This document shows, piece by piece, positions 1 through 9,239 of a stretch of DNA of 64,000 nucleotides (positions within the stretch are counted from its first letter, which is position 1; every line of letters begins with the position of its first letter). The position numbers and the translations under genes are program-made. Origin of the DNA: Limisphaerales bacterium (GTDB lineage Bacteria > Verrucomicrobiota > Verrucomicrobiia > Limisphaerales > UBA8199); contig JBGALR010000038.1 of NCBI GenBank assembly GCA_044223735.1, positions 2,147 to 66,146 on the forward strand, given 5' to 3'. The notes under the pieces are model-generated. The model saw only the letters and a list, made by a program, of their open reading frames with translations. It had not been told where the DNA came from and did not search any database.

Positions 1-121
1 GACTTGTGGGACCGTCATGTTCAAGATTTTAGGCGGGAAAGGGAGCACAGCTCCTGCAACCCCTGCCACTCCCGCTGCGCCTGCCAGCGGCTCCGAAGGC
101 AAGGCTTCCTCGAAATAATCT

Positions 122-1294
122 ATGCCCCAACAACTCGCTTACGTAATCATAACGCCCTATTCGCTGCACAAGTCTCGCACTGGTGGCATCCTGACCCGCC
201 TCATTACCCGTACCGGTTGCGACTTGGTGGCCGCCCGGATGTTTTCTCCCAGCGCCGAGCTGATGAAGAAATATTTGGAAGAGACCATCTCGGCCAACGA
301 TCCACAGGATCGCCGCATTCAGCAGCTCATTTACGATTACATTCAGCGCAATCTTTTTCCCGATCCCAAAACAGGCCGCCGTCGCCGGGTGATGGTGCTT
401 TTGTTTCAAGGCGAAGACGCGGTCCGCAAGACCCGCTCGGTCGTGGGTAACATCAGCCAGGAACGTCGTGGCGGTGAGACTATTCGCGACACATACGGCG
501 ATTTGATTTTGGATGAGGACGGTCAGACCCGTTATTTCGAGCCGGCTGTGCTTGCCGCGCCAACTATTGAAGAGGCGCAGTCGAAACTCCGCCTTTGGGC
601 GCAGTATTCCGAGAGCGACGGCGGCGTGGTGGATGATGTCATTGGCTATCAAGCGGGCGAAAAGCCACAGCGCACATTGGTGCTCATCAAACCGGAAAAC
701 TTCCGTTTCCCCACCGGCCGCCCGGGAAACATGATCGATTTCTTCTCTCGCACCGGATTGTACATTGTCGGTGTGAAGGTACATCGGATGAGCGTGTCGC
801 AGGCGATGGAGTTCTATGGCCCTGTGCGTGAAGTGCTGCGCAGCAAGCTCAAAGAGGTGGTCGCTTCAAAAGCGAAGACCGCAATCGAGAAGGCGCTCGA
901 TTTTACCATCGGACCTGAACAGGAACGCCAGCTTGGCGACATTCTTGGACCGCCCTTCGGTGATAACCAATTCGAGAACATCGTCAAATTCATGTCGGGC
1001 CGGACGCCGTCCGAATGTCCGGTTGGCGAAGTCGACAAGCCGGGTTCCGAAAAGTGTATCGCTCTCGTGTATGAAGGTGTCGAGGCCGTTCGTAAGATTC
1101 GCGATGTTCTCGGGCCGACCGATCCTTCGAAGGCCCCCCCGGGCTCCATCCGCCGCGAGTTTGGCCAAACCATCATGGTAAACGCCGCGCACGCCAGCGA
1201 TTCCGAGGACAACGCCAAACGGGAAATGGGCATCGTCAATGTGGGCGAAAACATCTTCCGCGAGGTCGTAGAGCAGTTTTACGGAAAAGTGTAA
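122..1294 (+). CDS. Tandem nucleoside-diphosphate-kinase-like domain protein (N-terminal NDK-like domain lacking the catalytic His + C-terminal NDK domain)
   Basis: The C-terminal half matches the NDK fold: TLVLIKPENF...GLYIVGVKVH...EFYG, then AVRKIRDVLGPTDP...NAAHASDS aligns with the NDK NxxHGSDS active-site His region. The N-terminal half carries a second NDK-like segment (AVRKTRSVVG...TIRDTYGD) without the His. A ~100 aa insertion sits in the second domain. Confidence 0.6.
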   Translation: MPQQLAYVIITPYSLHKSRTGGILTRLITRTGCDLVAARMFSPSAELMKKYLEETISANDPQDRRIQQLIYDYIQRNLFPDPKTGRRRRVMVLLFQGEDAVRKTRSVVGNISQERRGGETIRDTYGDLILDEDGQTRYFEPAVLAAPTIEEAQSKLRLWAQYSESDGGVVDDVIGYQAGEKPQRTLVLIKPENFRFPTGRPGNMIDFFSRTGLYIVGVKVHRMSVSQAMEFYGPVREVLRSKLKEVVASKAKTAIEKALDFTIGPEQERQLGDILGPPFGDNQFENIVKFMSGRTPSECPVGEVDKPGSEKCIALVYEGVEAVRKIRDVLGPTDPSKAPPGSIRREFGQTIMVNAAHASDSEDNAKREMGIVNVGENIFREVVEQFYGKV

Positions 1295-1352
1295 AAATTG
1301 CCTTTGGGTCAGTCTGATCCTGGCCCTGGCGACACTGGCCGTCTATTGGCCG

Positions 1353-3449
1353 GTGACCGGCCACGGGTTTGTTGATTACGACGATAGCGACTACGTCACG
1401 CAGAATGTTTATGTACAGGCGGGGCTGAATTCGAAAAGCCTGGCCTGGGCGTGGACCAGTGACGTGGCTCGTAACTGGCATCCCCTGACGATGATTTCCC
1501 ACATGGCGGATTGCCAGGTCTATGGCATGAAGCCCGGAGGGCATCATTTCACCAGTCTGCTTTTTCATGCCGCGAACACGGTTCTGCTCTTTCTTTTGCT
1601 TAACCGCCTGACCGGAGGCTTTTGGCGAAGTGCGTTGGTGGCGGCACTTTTTTCGCTCCATCCGTTGCACGTGGAATCCGTCGCATGGATTGCCGAGCGC
1701 AAGGACGTGCTCAGCACATTCTTTTTTCTGCTGACGCTTTTTTCATATGCGAATTACGCAAACGCGGTGAAGGGCAGCGAAGCGAAGCGAGGCGAACCCG
1801 AGCGGCGAAAAGGAAAACCTGAACCGCTCGCATCAGCGCCGGCAGGACGCCTGTTGCTTTTCTACGGGCTCGCACTGGTGCTCTTTGCCTGCGGTTTAAT
1901 GAGCAAACCGATGCTGGTAACGACCCCGTTCGTTTTACTGTTATTGGATTTCTGGCCGCTGGGAAGACTTAAGGATTTCAAAACCTTTCCGCGATATTTG
2001 CTGGTCGATAAAATTCCGTTTTTCGTTCTCACCGTCGTTTCCTGCGCTGTGACTTTCAAGGTGCAGCAAAAAGGCGGCGCAGTCCTAACGACGACGCACT
2101 TCTCCATGGTGAATCGCACGGCCAACGCGTTGATGTCGTATGTGCGGTACCTGGGTAAAATGGTGTGGCCGGAAAACCTGGCTCCGCTGTATCTAAAGCA
2201 CGGCGCGTGGCCGCTATGGTCGGCGGCGGTCGCCGCCGTGTTTCTCCTGAGCGTTTCATTTCTCGTTATTATAAACGCTCGTCGGCGTCAGTATCTGGCG
2301 GTCGGCTGGTTTTGGTACCTTGGCACGCTGGTTCCGGTTATAGGGTTGGTGCAGGTGGGGATGCAATCGATGGCGGATCGTTACACCTACATTCCGCTTA
2401 TAGGGATTTTTATCATGGTGGCCTGGGGCACTTGGGACCTGGCAGTTCACTGGCGTCTGCCGCGCCCCGCACTCGGAGCTGTGACCGCTTTGGCATTAAT
2501 CGCGTGTGCCATGCTGACGCGAAAACAATTAACATACTGGAGCACGGGCGAAACGCTGCTGCGGCGCATGATCGCCGTAACCGAGGGGAACTTCATCGCT
2601 CATTATAATCTGGGCAATCGGTACAGTCGCGAAGGGCGCCTGAGCGATGCGGTCACCGAATACGAAGCGGCTCTCGTGGCCGAGCCAAACTATGCCGAGG
2701 CCCACAACAACCTCGGAACAGTATTGTTGCGACAGGGGAAATTCGATAAGGCCATTCTTCACCATGAGGCTGCTGCCCGGCTCCAACCGGAATTTCTATA
2801 TGTATTTAATCTCGCCAATGCGCTGGCGGACGCGCGCAAATTTTCCCAGGCGGTTGCCACCTATCAGAATGCGCTGACGAAAAATCCGAAATCGAGCGAG
2901 GCGTATCACAACCTGGGTCTGGCTCTGCAAGCCGTGGGGCAAGGCGAGCAGGCGGCGGCGGCATTTCGTGCGGCCATTCAACTTCAGCCCGATTACGAAA
3001 GCGCTGAGTTCAATCTCGCCAATCGTCTGGCGGATGCGGGTAAGCTGGATGAGGCGATCGCGCGCTATGCCGTAGCGCAACGGCTCAATCCGGCGCGTGC
3101 GGAAACCGCCAACGGCCTGGGCATTTGTTACGCGATGCAGGGGAAATTTTCCGAGGCTGAGTCGCAATTTCGCATAGCAGTCAGCTTGAAACCCGATTAT
3201 GCGGGAGCCGAAGGAAATCTGGGCAACGCTCTTGGTGCGCAAAACAAAATCGAGGAAGCGATCCCACATTATCAAAAAGCGCTGAAGCTGGATCCGAATG
3301 ATTTTCAAACGCGCTTCAACCTGGGTTTGTCACTGCTCCGACAAGGGCATCGGACGGAAGCAAAAGACCAATTTAGTGAAGCGCTGCGATTGCATCCGGA
3401 TTATCCGGCCGCCCGTGAGGCGCTTGCCAATCTCGAGGCTGGTCGTTGA
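1353..3449 (+). CDS. TPR-repeat membrane protein with N-terminal PMT/TMTC-like (DUF1736-type) polytopic domain
   Basis: The N-terminal ~350 aa contain multiple hydrophobic helices with the motif HPLHVESVAWIAERKDVLSTFFFLLTLF, typical of TMTC/PMT_2-like glycosyltransferase-fold proteins. The C-terminal ~300 aa are canonical TPR repeats (AEAHNNLG, AYHNLGLAL, AEGNLGNAL). The track start at 1353 is GTG. An in-frame hydrophobic stretch LWVSLILALATLAVYWP is encoded upstream (1302-1352) with no canonical start, so the true start is uncertain. Confidence 0.7.
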   Translation: MTGHGFVDYDDSDYVTQNVYVQAGLNSKSLAWAWTSDVARNWHPLTMISHMADCQVYGMKPGGHHFTSLLFHAANTVLLFLLLNRLTGGFWRSALVAALFSLHPLHVESVAWIAERKDVLSTFFFLLTLFSYANYANAVKGSEAKRGEPERRKGKPEPLASAPAGRLLLFYGLALVLFACGLMSKPMLVTTPFVLLLLDFWPLGRLKDFKTFPRYLLVDKIPFFVLTVVSCAVTFKVQQKGGAVLTTTHFSMVNRTANALMSYVRYLGKMVWPENLAPLYLKHGAWPLWSAAVAAVFLLSVSFLVIINARRRQYLAVGWFWYLGTLVPVIGLVQVGMQSMADRYTYIPLIGIFIMVAWGTWDLAVHWRLPRPALGAVTALALIACAMLTRKQLTYWSTGETLLRRMIAVTEGNFIAHYNLGNRYSREGRLSDAVTEYEAALVAEPNYAEAHNNLGTVLLRQGKFDKAILHHEAAARLQPEFLYVFNLANALADARKFSQAVATYQNALTKNPKSSEAYHNLGLALQAVGQGEQAAAAFRAAIQLQPDYESAEFNLANRLADAGKLDEAIARYAVAQRLNPARAETANGLGICYAMQGKFSEAESQFRIAVSLKPDYAGAEGNLGNALGAQNKIEEAIPHYQKALKLDPNDFQTRFNLGLSLLRQGHRTEAKDQFSEALRLHPDYPAAREALANLEAGR

Positions 3450-3547
3450 CCGTCGGAAGTGTTGTCACTTGCGGGAAGGAGTTTCATCCGGCAGCTTTTA
3501 ACGACGGGACAATGGCGGGTGACGAACGGATGACGGGGAATGATATT

Positions 3548-5572
3548 ATGGCTCTCGAGCCGTTAAAAATTTTATTGATCGAACATGACGCGACTTTCGC
3601 GCGTTATGTGAACGAAATGCTGGGTCAGGCTCGCGACATGACGGCGGAAATGCATGCGGCGCCTGATCTGACGGCCGGGGTGTCGCGTTTGCAGCTCGAA
3701 AATTTCGATGCTGCCTTGCTGGATATCTGCGTTCCGGACGGGGCCGGCCTTGCCAATATCGCGATGATCCGCGAACACGCGCCGCAGGTGCCGATTCTGG
3801 CCGTGGGCGATGCGGACGATGATATTCTGGCGCTCGAGGCGATGCATGGCGGCGCGCAAGACTATCTGGTAAAGAGCCAGCTCACGCCGGCGTGGTTGGA
3901 ACGCGCTATTCGTTACGCCATCGAACGCCACCGAATGGACATGACGTTGCTGGAGGCAGAGGAAAAATATCACAGCGTCTTCGACCATCTGGTAGAAGGC
4001 ATTTTTCAGACTACGCCGAACGGTCGCTATCTCATGGCGAACGTCGCCCTCGCGCGGATTTATGGATATGCGTCGCCCGAGGAATTAATGCAGAGCATCA
4101 CCGATATCGGCCGACGCCTTTACGTGCAGGATGATCGGCGTAATGACTTCATGCGATTCATGCAGGAGCATGACACGCTCACCGGCTTTGAGTCGCAGAT
4201 TTATCGCAAAGACGGATCCGTGATCTGGATTTCAGAAAATTGTCGCGCGGTGCGCGACTCTGCGGGCCGATTGCTCTTATACGAGGGCACGGTCGAAGAC
4301 ATTACGCTGCGGCGTCAGGCGGAGGAGAATCTGCGCAACTCTGAGGCGCTGTATCATTCGCTGGTGGAAACCCTGCCACAGAATATCTTTCGCAAGGACC
4401 TGCAAGAGCGCTTTACGTTCGCGAACCAGCATTTCTGCCGCATTCTGGGCAAGACGCTGCCGGAAATTTTGGGCAAGACAGATTTCGATTTTTTCCCGCG
4501 CGAACTGGCCGAAAAGTACCAAAGCGACGACCGGCGCGTGCTCGAAACGGGCAAGGCTTATGAGACGGTGGAGGAACATCGTCCTCCCGACGGCGAGAAA
4601 ATGTACGTCCAGGTTGTGAAAACTCCGTTGTATGGAGGAGGCGGAAAGATAATCGGTTTGCAGGGCCTTTTCTGGGACATCACCCAGCAGCGTCTGGCAG
4701 AGGAAAAGATCCGGCGCATCAATGGTCTGCTGGCGCAGAGCCGCAAGGAGTTACAAGGCAAGAATCAACAAATGGAGGATGACCTGAAGATGGCGCGTGA
4801 AATCCAGTTCACGATGCTTCCGCAGCAGTATCCATTTTTCCCGCGAGCGGGCGCGCCCTCGGAAAACGCATTTCAATTCACCCATCGCTACCTGCCATCC
4901 GGGACCGTGGGCGGTGACTTCTTCGCCATCTCAGCGCTTTCAGAACATGAGGCCGCAGTTTTCATTTGCGATGTGGCGGGCCATGGGGTCCGTTCCGCGC
5001 TAGTTACGGCCATGGTTCGGGCTCTGGTCGAAGAGTTGAAACCGGTCGCAACGGATCCCGGGCGTTTTCTGACTCGATTGAACACCGATTTGCATGCGAT
5101 TTTAAAACACACGGGCAGCCCGATGTTGACCACGGCGTTTTATCTGGTTGCCGATGCCCGCACCGGTGAAATTCGGTGCTCGAATGCGGGGCATCCCAAG
5201 CCGATTTTGATAAGGCGCGATGCCGGAAAAGTGGAACCGCTGGCGGACCTTACGCGCAAGAGTCAGCCGGTGTTGGGTCTTTTTGAGAGCGCGACCTACC
5301 AAACATTCGAGGTGAAACTAGCGCCACACGACATGGTGATGCTTTTCACCGACGGTCTTTACGAGGTGCAAGGGCGTGAAGAATTGTATTCCCAAGCGAT
5401 GTTGGTCAAAGCCGTGGAACGTCGCGCTCAGTTACCGGCCTCACCCATGTTTGATGAACTGCTCGATGAAGTGCGGCAGTTTTCGGACGACAACGCGTTC
5501 GGGGATGACGTCTGCCTGGTGGGTGTCGAGTTTGAAGGTGCCGAAGCGGGCGCTGCCATTACGGCAGGGTAG
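3548..5572 (+). CDS. Response-regulator receiver / PAS-PAS / PP2C (SpoIIE-RsbU-like) serine phosphatase fusion
   Basis: REC domain (MALEPLKILLIEHD ... LDICVPDGAG ... DYLVKSQ), two PAS-like segments, and a C-terminal PP2C/SpoIIE motif region (GGDFFAIS ... ICDVAGHGVRSALVTAM ... FTDGLYE). The longest ORF begins at 3446 (TTG) and overlaps the upstream stop. The ATG at 3548 gives a typical REC N-terminus. Confidence 0.75.
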   Translation: MALEPLKILLIEHDATFARYVNEMLGQARDMTAEMHAAPDLTAGVSRLQLENFDAALLDICVPDGAGLANIAMIREHAPQVPILAVGDADDDILALEAMHGGAQDYLVKSQLTPAWLERAIRYAIERHRMDMTLLEAEEKYHSVFDHLVEGIFQTTPNGRYLMANVALARIYGYASPEELMQSITDIGRRLYVQDDRRNDFMRFMQEHDTLTGFESQIYRKDGSVIWISENCRAVRDSAGRLLLYEGTVEDITLRRQAEENLRNSEALYHSLVETLPQNIFRKDLQERFTFANQHFCRILGKTLPEILGKTDFDFFPRELAEKYQSDDRRVLETGKAYETVEEHRPPDGEKMYVQVVKTPLYGGGGKIIGLQGLFWDITQQRLAEEKIRRINGLLAQSRKELQGKNQQMEDDLKMAREIQFTMLPQQYPFFPRAGAPSENAFQFTHRYLPSGTVGGDFFAISALSEHEAAVFICDVAGHGVRSALVTAMVRALVEELKPVATDPGRFLTRLNTDLHAILKHTGSPMLTTAFYLVADARTGEIRCSNAGHPKPILIRRDAGKVEPLADLTRKSQPVLGLFESATYQTFEVKLAPHDMVMLFTDGLYEVQGREELYSQAMLVKAVERRAQLPASPMFDELLDEVRQFSDDNAFGDDVCLVGVEFEGAEAGAAITAG

Positions 5573-5624
5573 GCGCCAGATAACCTACGCAGTCAGACTT
5601 GCGAGTCAGTTGTTCAGATGTACC

Positions 5625-5646
5625 GACGGCTGCGAAGGCAGCCGCC
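5625..5646. terminator. Weak GC hairpin between convergent genes (possible bidirectional terminator)
   Basis: gacggctgc-gaag-gcagccgcc imperfect stem-loop in the 90 bp gap between the PP2C gene (+) and typA (-). There is no clear U-tract on either strand. Confidence 0.2.
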
Positions 5647-5663
5647 GGCAATAGATCCGTGAT

Positions 5664-7499
5664 TTATTCCGCCACAACTTTGGCGGTCCGGCTTTGAGCC
5701 GCGCGTTTGCGTTGGTTTTCGTCCAACAACTTTTTACGCAACCGCAGGTTTTTCGGAGTGGCTTCAACGTACTCGTCCGAGCCGATATATTCCAACGCCC
5801 GTTCAAGTGACATTTTGAATGGCGGTGCCAGTTGGATGCCTTTGCCGTCGCCTTGCGAGCGCATGTTCGTGAGCTTTTTCGCCTTGCAGGGATTGACAGG
5901 AATGTCATTTTCGCGAGCGTTCTCGCCGACGATCATGCCCTCGTAAATCGCATCACCGGGTTCCACCATGAGACGACCGCGTTCTTGAATCATATTCAAC
6001 GCGTAAGCCATGGCTTCACCGGTTTCCATGCTGACAAGCGAGCCGTTTTTGCGCGCGGCGATTTCCCCGCGATCCGGGCCGTATTCGTGGAATAAATGGC
6101 TGATAACACCCAAACCACGCGTCTGGTTTACGAGATCGGTTTCGAAACCAATCAGCCCGCGGGTCGGGATCAATGCTTCAATACTGATCTGTTCACCATG
6201 ATGATTCATATTGGTGATCTCGCCCTTCCGACCCGCAAGATTTTCCATGATGGCACCCATGGATTCCTTGGGAATTTCCAGGAACAGCTTTTCGATGGGT
6301 TCCATGAGATTGCCGTCCTTGTCTTTGCGATAAATGACCTCAGGCCGGGACACCAGCACTTCATGGCCTTCGCGGCGCATTTGTTCCACGAGGATGGCGA
6401 TTTGCATTTCGCCACGACCACTTACGTTGAAAATATTGGGCGCGTCTGTTTGTGCAATGCGCAGTGCAACGTTGGTTCGAATTTCCTTCACCAGGCGTTC
6501 CCAGATATGGCGCGCGGTGACCAATTGGCCATCCTTGCCGGCGAGTGGGCCGTCGTTCACGGCGAACTGCATCTGAATTGTCGGAGGATCGATCGGCACG
6601 AACGGAAGCGGCACGCGGTCTTCAGAATCGGTAATGGTTTCGCCAATAAACACATCTTCAAAGCCCGCAAGACCAATGACGTCGCCGGCATGCGCTTCCT
6701 GCACTTCAATTCGCTTCAGACCTTCGAAGTGAAAAATAGCGGTGATTTTTGATTTGGTTTTGCGGCCGTCGCCGTGAATGCAAACAAACGGATCGCCAAC
6801 TTTCACGATGCCGCTGTAGATTTTGCCAAACGCAATTCGCCCGAGGTAGTCCGAATAGTCGAGATTGGCAACCATCAGCTTGAACCCTTCGCCGGCATGG
6901 GCGCGGGGCGGGGGAATATGTTTGATGATCGCGTCGAACAACGGTTCCATCGTTCCGCTGGCGTGACTCATTTCGACCTTGGCGAAGCCATCGCGCGCGC
7001 TGGCATAAATCACGGGGAAATCCATTTGTTCATCAGTCGCGTGCAGCGACACAAAGAGGTCCCAAACCAAATCCAGCACTTTGGCGGGGTTTGAGTTTTC
7101 GCGGTCGATCTTGTTGATGACGACGATGGGTTTCGCGCCGGCTTCCAGCGCTTTGCGAAGGACGAAGCGGGTTTGAGCTTGCGGACCGTCCGTGGCATCG
7201 ACGACGAGCAGCACTCCGTCGATCATATTCATGATGCGCTCGACTTCTCCGCCGAAATCCGCGTGTCCGGGAGTGTCGACGATGTTTACGTGGAAATCCT
7301 TGTATTTGAACGCTGCGTTTTTGGCACGGATGGTAATGCCTTTTTCGCGTTCCAAATCCATTGAGTCCATGATCCTTTCCTCGCCGGAGATGGCCTGGTT
7401 GGCGCGGAAAGTTCCGGACTGCTTCAATAGACAGTCGACGAGAGTGGTCTTGCCATGATCCACGTGAGCGATAATGGCGATATTGCGTATATGCTGCAT
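5664..7499 (-). CDS. typA: Translational GTPase TypA/BipA
   Basis: N-terminus MQHIRNIAIIAHVDHGKTTLVD, G-domain motifs (DTPGHADF, NKIDR), and EF-G-like domains over the 611 aa full length. Confidence 0.95.
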   Translation of the reverse strand: MQHIRNIAIIAHVDHGKTTLVDCLLKQSGTFRANQAISGEERIMDSMDLEREKGITIRAKNAAFKYKDFHVNIVDTPGHADFGGEVERIMNMIDGVLLVVDATDGPQAQTRFVLRKALEAGAKPIVVINKIDRENSNPAKVLDLVWDLFVSLHATDEQMDFPVIYASARDGFAKVEMSHASGTMEPLFDAIIKHIPPPRAHAGEGFKLMVANLDYSDYLGRIAFGKIYSGIVKVGDPFVCIHGDGRKTKSKITAIFHFEGLKRIEVQEAHAGDVIGLAGFEDVFIGETITDSEDRVPLPFVPIDPPTIQMQFAVNDGPLAGKDGQLVTARHIWERLVKEIRTNVALRIAQTDAPNIFNVSGRGEMQIAILVEQMRREGHEVLVSRPEVIYRKDKDGNLMEPIEKLFLEIPKESMGAIMENLAGRKGEITNMNHHGEQISIEALIPTRGLIGFETDLVNQTRGLGVISHLFHEYGPDRGEIAARKNGSLVSMETGEAMAYALNMIQERGRLMVEPGDAIYEGMIVGENARENDIPVNPCKAKKLTNMRSQGDGKGIQLAPPFKMSLERALEYIGSDEYVEATPKNLRLRKKLLDENQRKRAAQSRTAKVVAE

Positions 7500-7659
7500 A
7501 AAATCAGTTCAATCAAATCGAGTTGATGTTGCGCGTTCGAATCCGCGCCACGATGCCCCATATTCAAAGGGGCTGTACCAACAACCTCCGATTTGGAATG
7601 AGGCCGGGTAATGTGCCTGACATTTTTGAAAGGTCAAGCCTGACCGCACCGAAAAACCA

Positions 7660-7980
7660 ATGGACAAGCAGCCCAAAATCGCTAAAGTCCCCGCCACGCT
7701 TATGAAAAATAGTCCTTTAACCACGATTTTGCTTCTGGCACTTACCGTGAGCGCGCTTGCTTCGGTGATTATGTGCTGGGCGTATATTTCAAAGACCCGG
7801 GAATTGCGCGCATTGGAAACGCAAACAGCCTTCATCAATCAGAATCGCGCGGTGATCAATGCTTTGCTGAATGATACAATCGAATACAGCAAGCGAAACC
7901 CGGCGATGATTCCAGTGCTGGAATCCGTCGGTTGGAAAACCGGTGGCGCGGCGGCCGCTCCCAAACCTGCAGGAAAATAA
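7660..7980 (+). CDS. Small single-pass membrane protein (paralog 1)
   Basis: 106 aa: polar N-terminus, one TM helix (LTTILLLALTVSALASVIMCWAYI), C-terminal tail ending in an Ala/Pro-rich stretch. AGGAAA lies just upstream of the paralog that follows. Confidence 0.5.
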   Translation: MDKQPKIAKVPATLMKNSPLTTILLLALTVSALASVIMCWAYISKTRELRALETQTAFINQNRAVINALLNDTIEYSKRNPAMIPVLESVGWKTGGAAAAPKPAGK

Positions 7981-7985
7981 TTTCT

Positions 7986-8357
7986 ATGGACACTTTTGAA
8001 TCCAAATCCCCGGAGCAATCGACCGGAGGTGAGACCCAGCAACAATTGGACTCCATCCGGCATTTGGTCGTTTCGGTGTTGGTGCTTGTTCTCGTCGTGA
8101 GCGGCACCTTGAACATTTTCTTTTTGCGTCAGATGAGAGATGTGAAGCGCGATCTCGAAAGAGTGGGGCCGCAAGCCACCCAAATCATGGCCAACTACCA
8201 GAAAACCGAAGCGCCAATGATGCAGACGCTCCTGGCGAAGTTCACCGAGTACGGCCGGGCGCATCCCGATTATGCTCCGATCCTTGCCAAGTACGGCATC
8301 AAACAAAGTGGCGCGACCAACGCCCCCGCGCCCGCTGCAGCTACGGAGAAGAAGTAA
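7986..8357 (+). CDS. Small single-pass membrane protein (paralog 2, tandem duplicate of 7660-7980)
   Basis: ATG at 7986 sits 6 nt after the stop of the previous gene with AGGAAA upstream. Same architecture (TM helix LVVSVLVLVLVVSGTLNIFFL). The tail motif ...PILAKYGIKQSG...APAPAAA parallels ...PVLESVGWKTGG..AAAAPKPA of paralog 1. Confidence 0.5.
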   Translation: MDTFESKSPEQSTGGETQQQLDSIRHLVVSVLVLVLVVSGTLNIFFLRQMRDVKRDLERVGPQATQIMANYQKTEAPMMQTLLAKFTEYGRAHPDYAPILAKYGIKQSGATNAPAPAAATEKK

Positions 8358-9219
8358 TCGGTTTCACAGATGGCGTGGGCTTCGGGCTCCCGACGCCAAG
8401 GGATTCGTCTTTTGACGCCGTCCGGCGTCGGAAGACGATGATATGTTGGCGGGGAAGTACCTCAATGGTTTCCACCCAATTGAGGGGCAGTGCGCTCATT
8501 TCTTTTTTAACCTGGGCCTCGGTCATTTTGTGCACTGGCTTGATGGGCACAGCCGGATCCTCGCCGCGAAATTCGACGAATACCACGCGTCCGCCAGCTT
8601 TCAAGCTCCGGCTGATCGCGTCCATCATCTCGAACGGAAAATCAAACTCGTGATAGACGTCCACCATCAGTGCCAGGTCCACTGATGCGGTGGCCAGCCC
8701 GGGATTGGTGATTGTGCCGAGGACAGGAACAACATTGGTGATCGCCAACCTCGCCATGTTGTTCGTAATAAACTCCAGCATCTCGGGTTGAATATCCACG
8801 GCCATCACTTTTCCCGCAGGGCCAACGACTCGAGAAATACGACGGCTAAAGTACCCTGTGCCGGCGCCGATGTCCGCTACAGTATCGCCCGGTTTGATTT
8901 TCAGTTCCTTCAGTAATTGGCTGGTGTGCTCTTCTTCCTCCCGTTCCGGACGTTCGAGCCAATCAGCGGCAGGATGGCCCATCACGTAGGCAATTTCCCG
9001 TCCCATATAGAACTTGCCGATTCCGTCATGGTCGTGCACTTCCCGAAACTCGTAGCGGTTGGTTGCGGTGCCAGATGGTGGGGTATCGGCTGCGCGAACA
9101 TTTTTCAAAGGGAAAAAGAGCGCCAGTAACGTTAGGCTAATCAACCAGAAAGGCCGGGGGTAAGGCTGGTGCAAGTGAAGCATTGCTCCATAAAACGACT
9201 CCCGCCTGCGGTTGTCCAT
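8341..9219 (-). CDS. Class I SAM-dependent methyltransferase with N-terminal signal/anchor sequence
   Basis: Glycine-rich SAM motif VADIGAGTGYFSRRIS, ...VMAVDIQPEML..., acidic residue after beta-2, and post-I motifs (LALMVDVYHEF). A hydrophobic N-terminal segment (FWLISLTLLALFFPL) precedes the catalytic domain. Confidence 0.7.
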   Translation of the reverse strand: MDNRRRESFYGAMLHLHQPYPRPFWLISLTLLALFFPLKNVRAADTPPSGTATNRYEFREVHDHDGIGKFYMGREIAYVMGHPAADWLERPEREEEEHTSQLLKELKIKPGDTVADIGAGTGYFSRRISRVVGPAGKVMAVDIQPEMLEFITNNMARLAITNVVPVLGTITNPGLATASVDLALMVDVYHEFDFPFEMMDAISRSLKAGGRVVFVEFRGEDPAVPIKPVHKMTEAQVKKEMSALPLNWVETIEVLPRQHIIVFRRRTASKDESLGVGSPKPTPSVKPITSSP

Positions 9220-9239
9220 TGCAATTGATTGGGGCCGCG

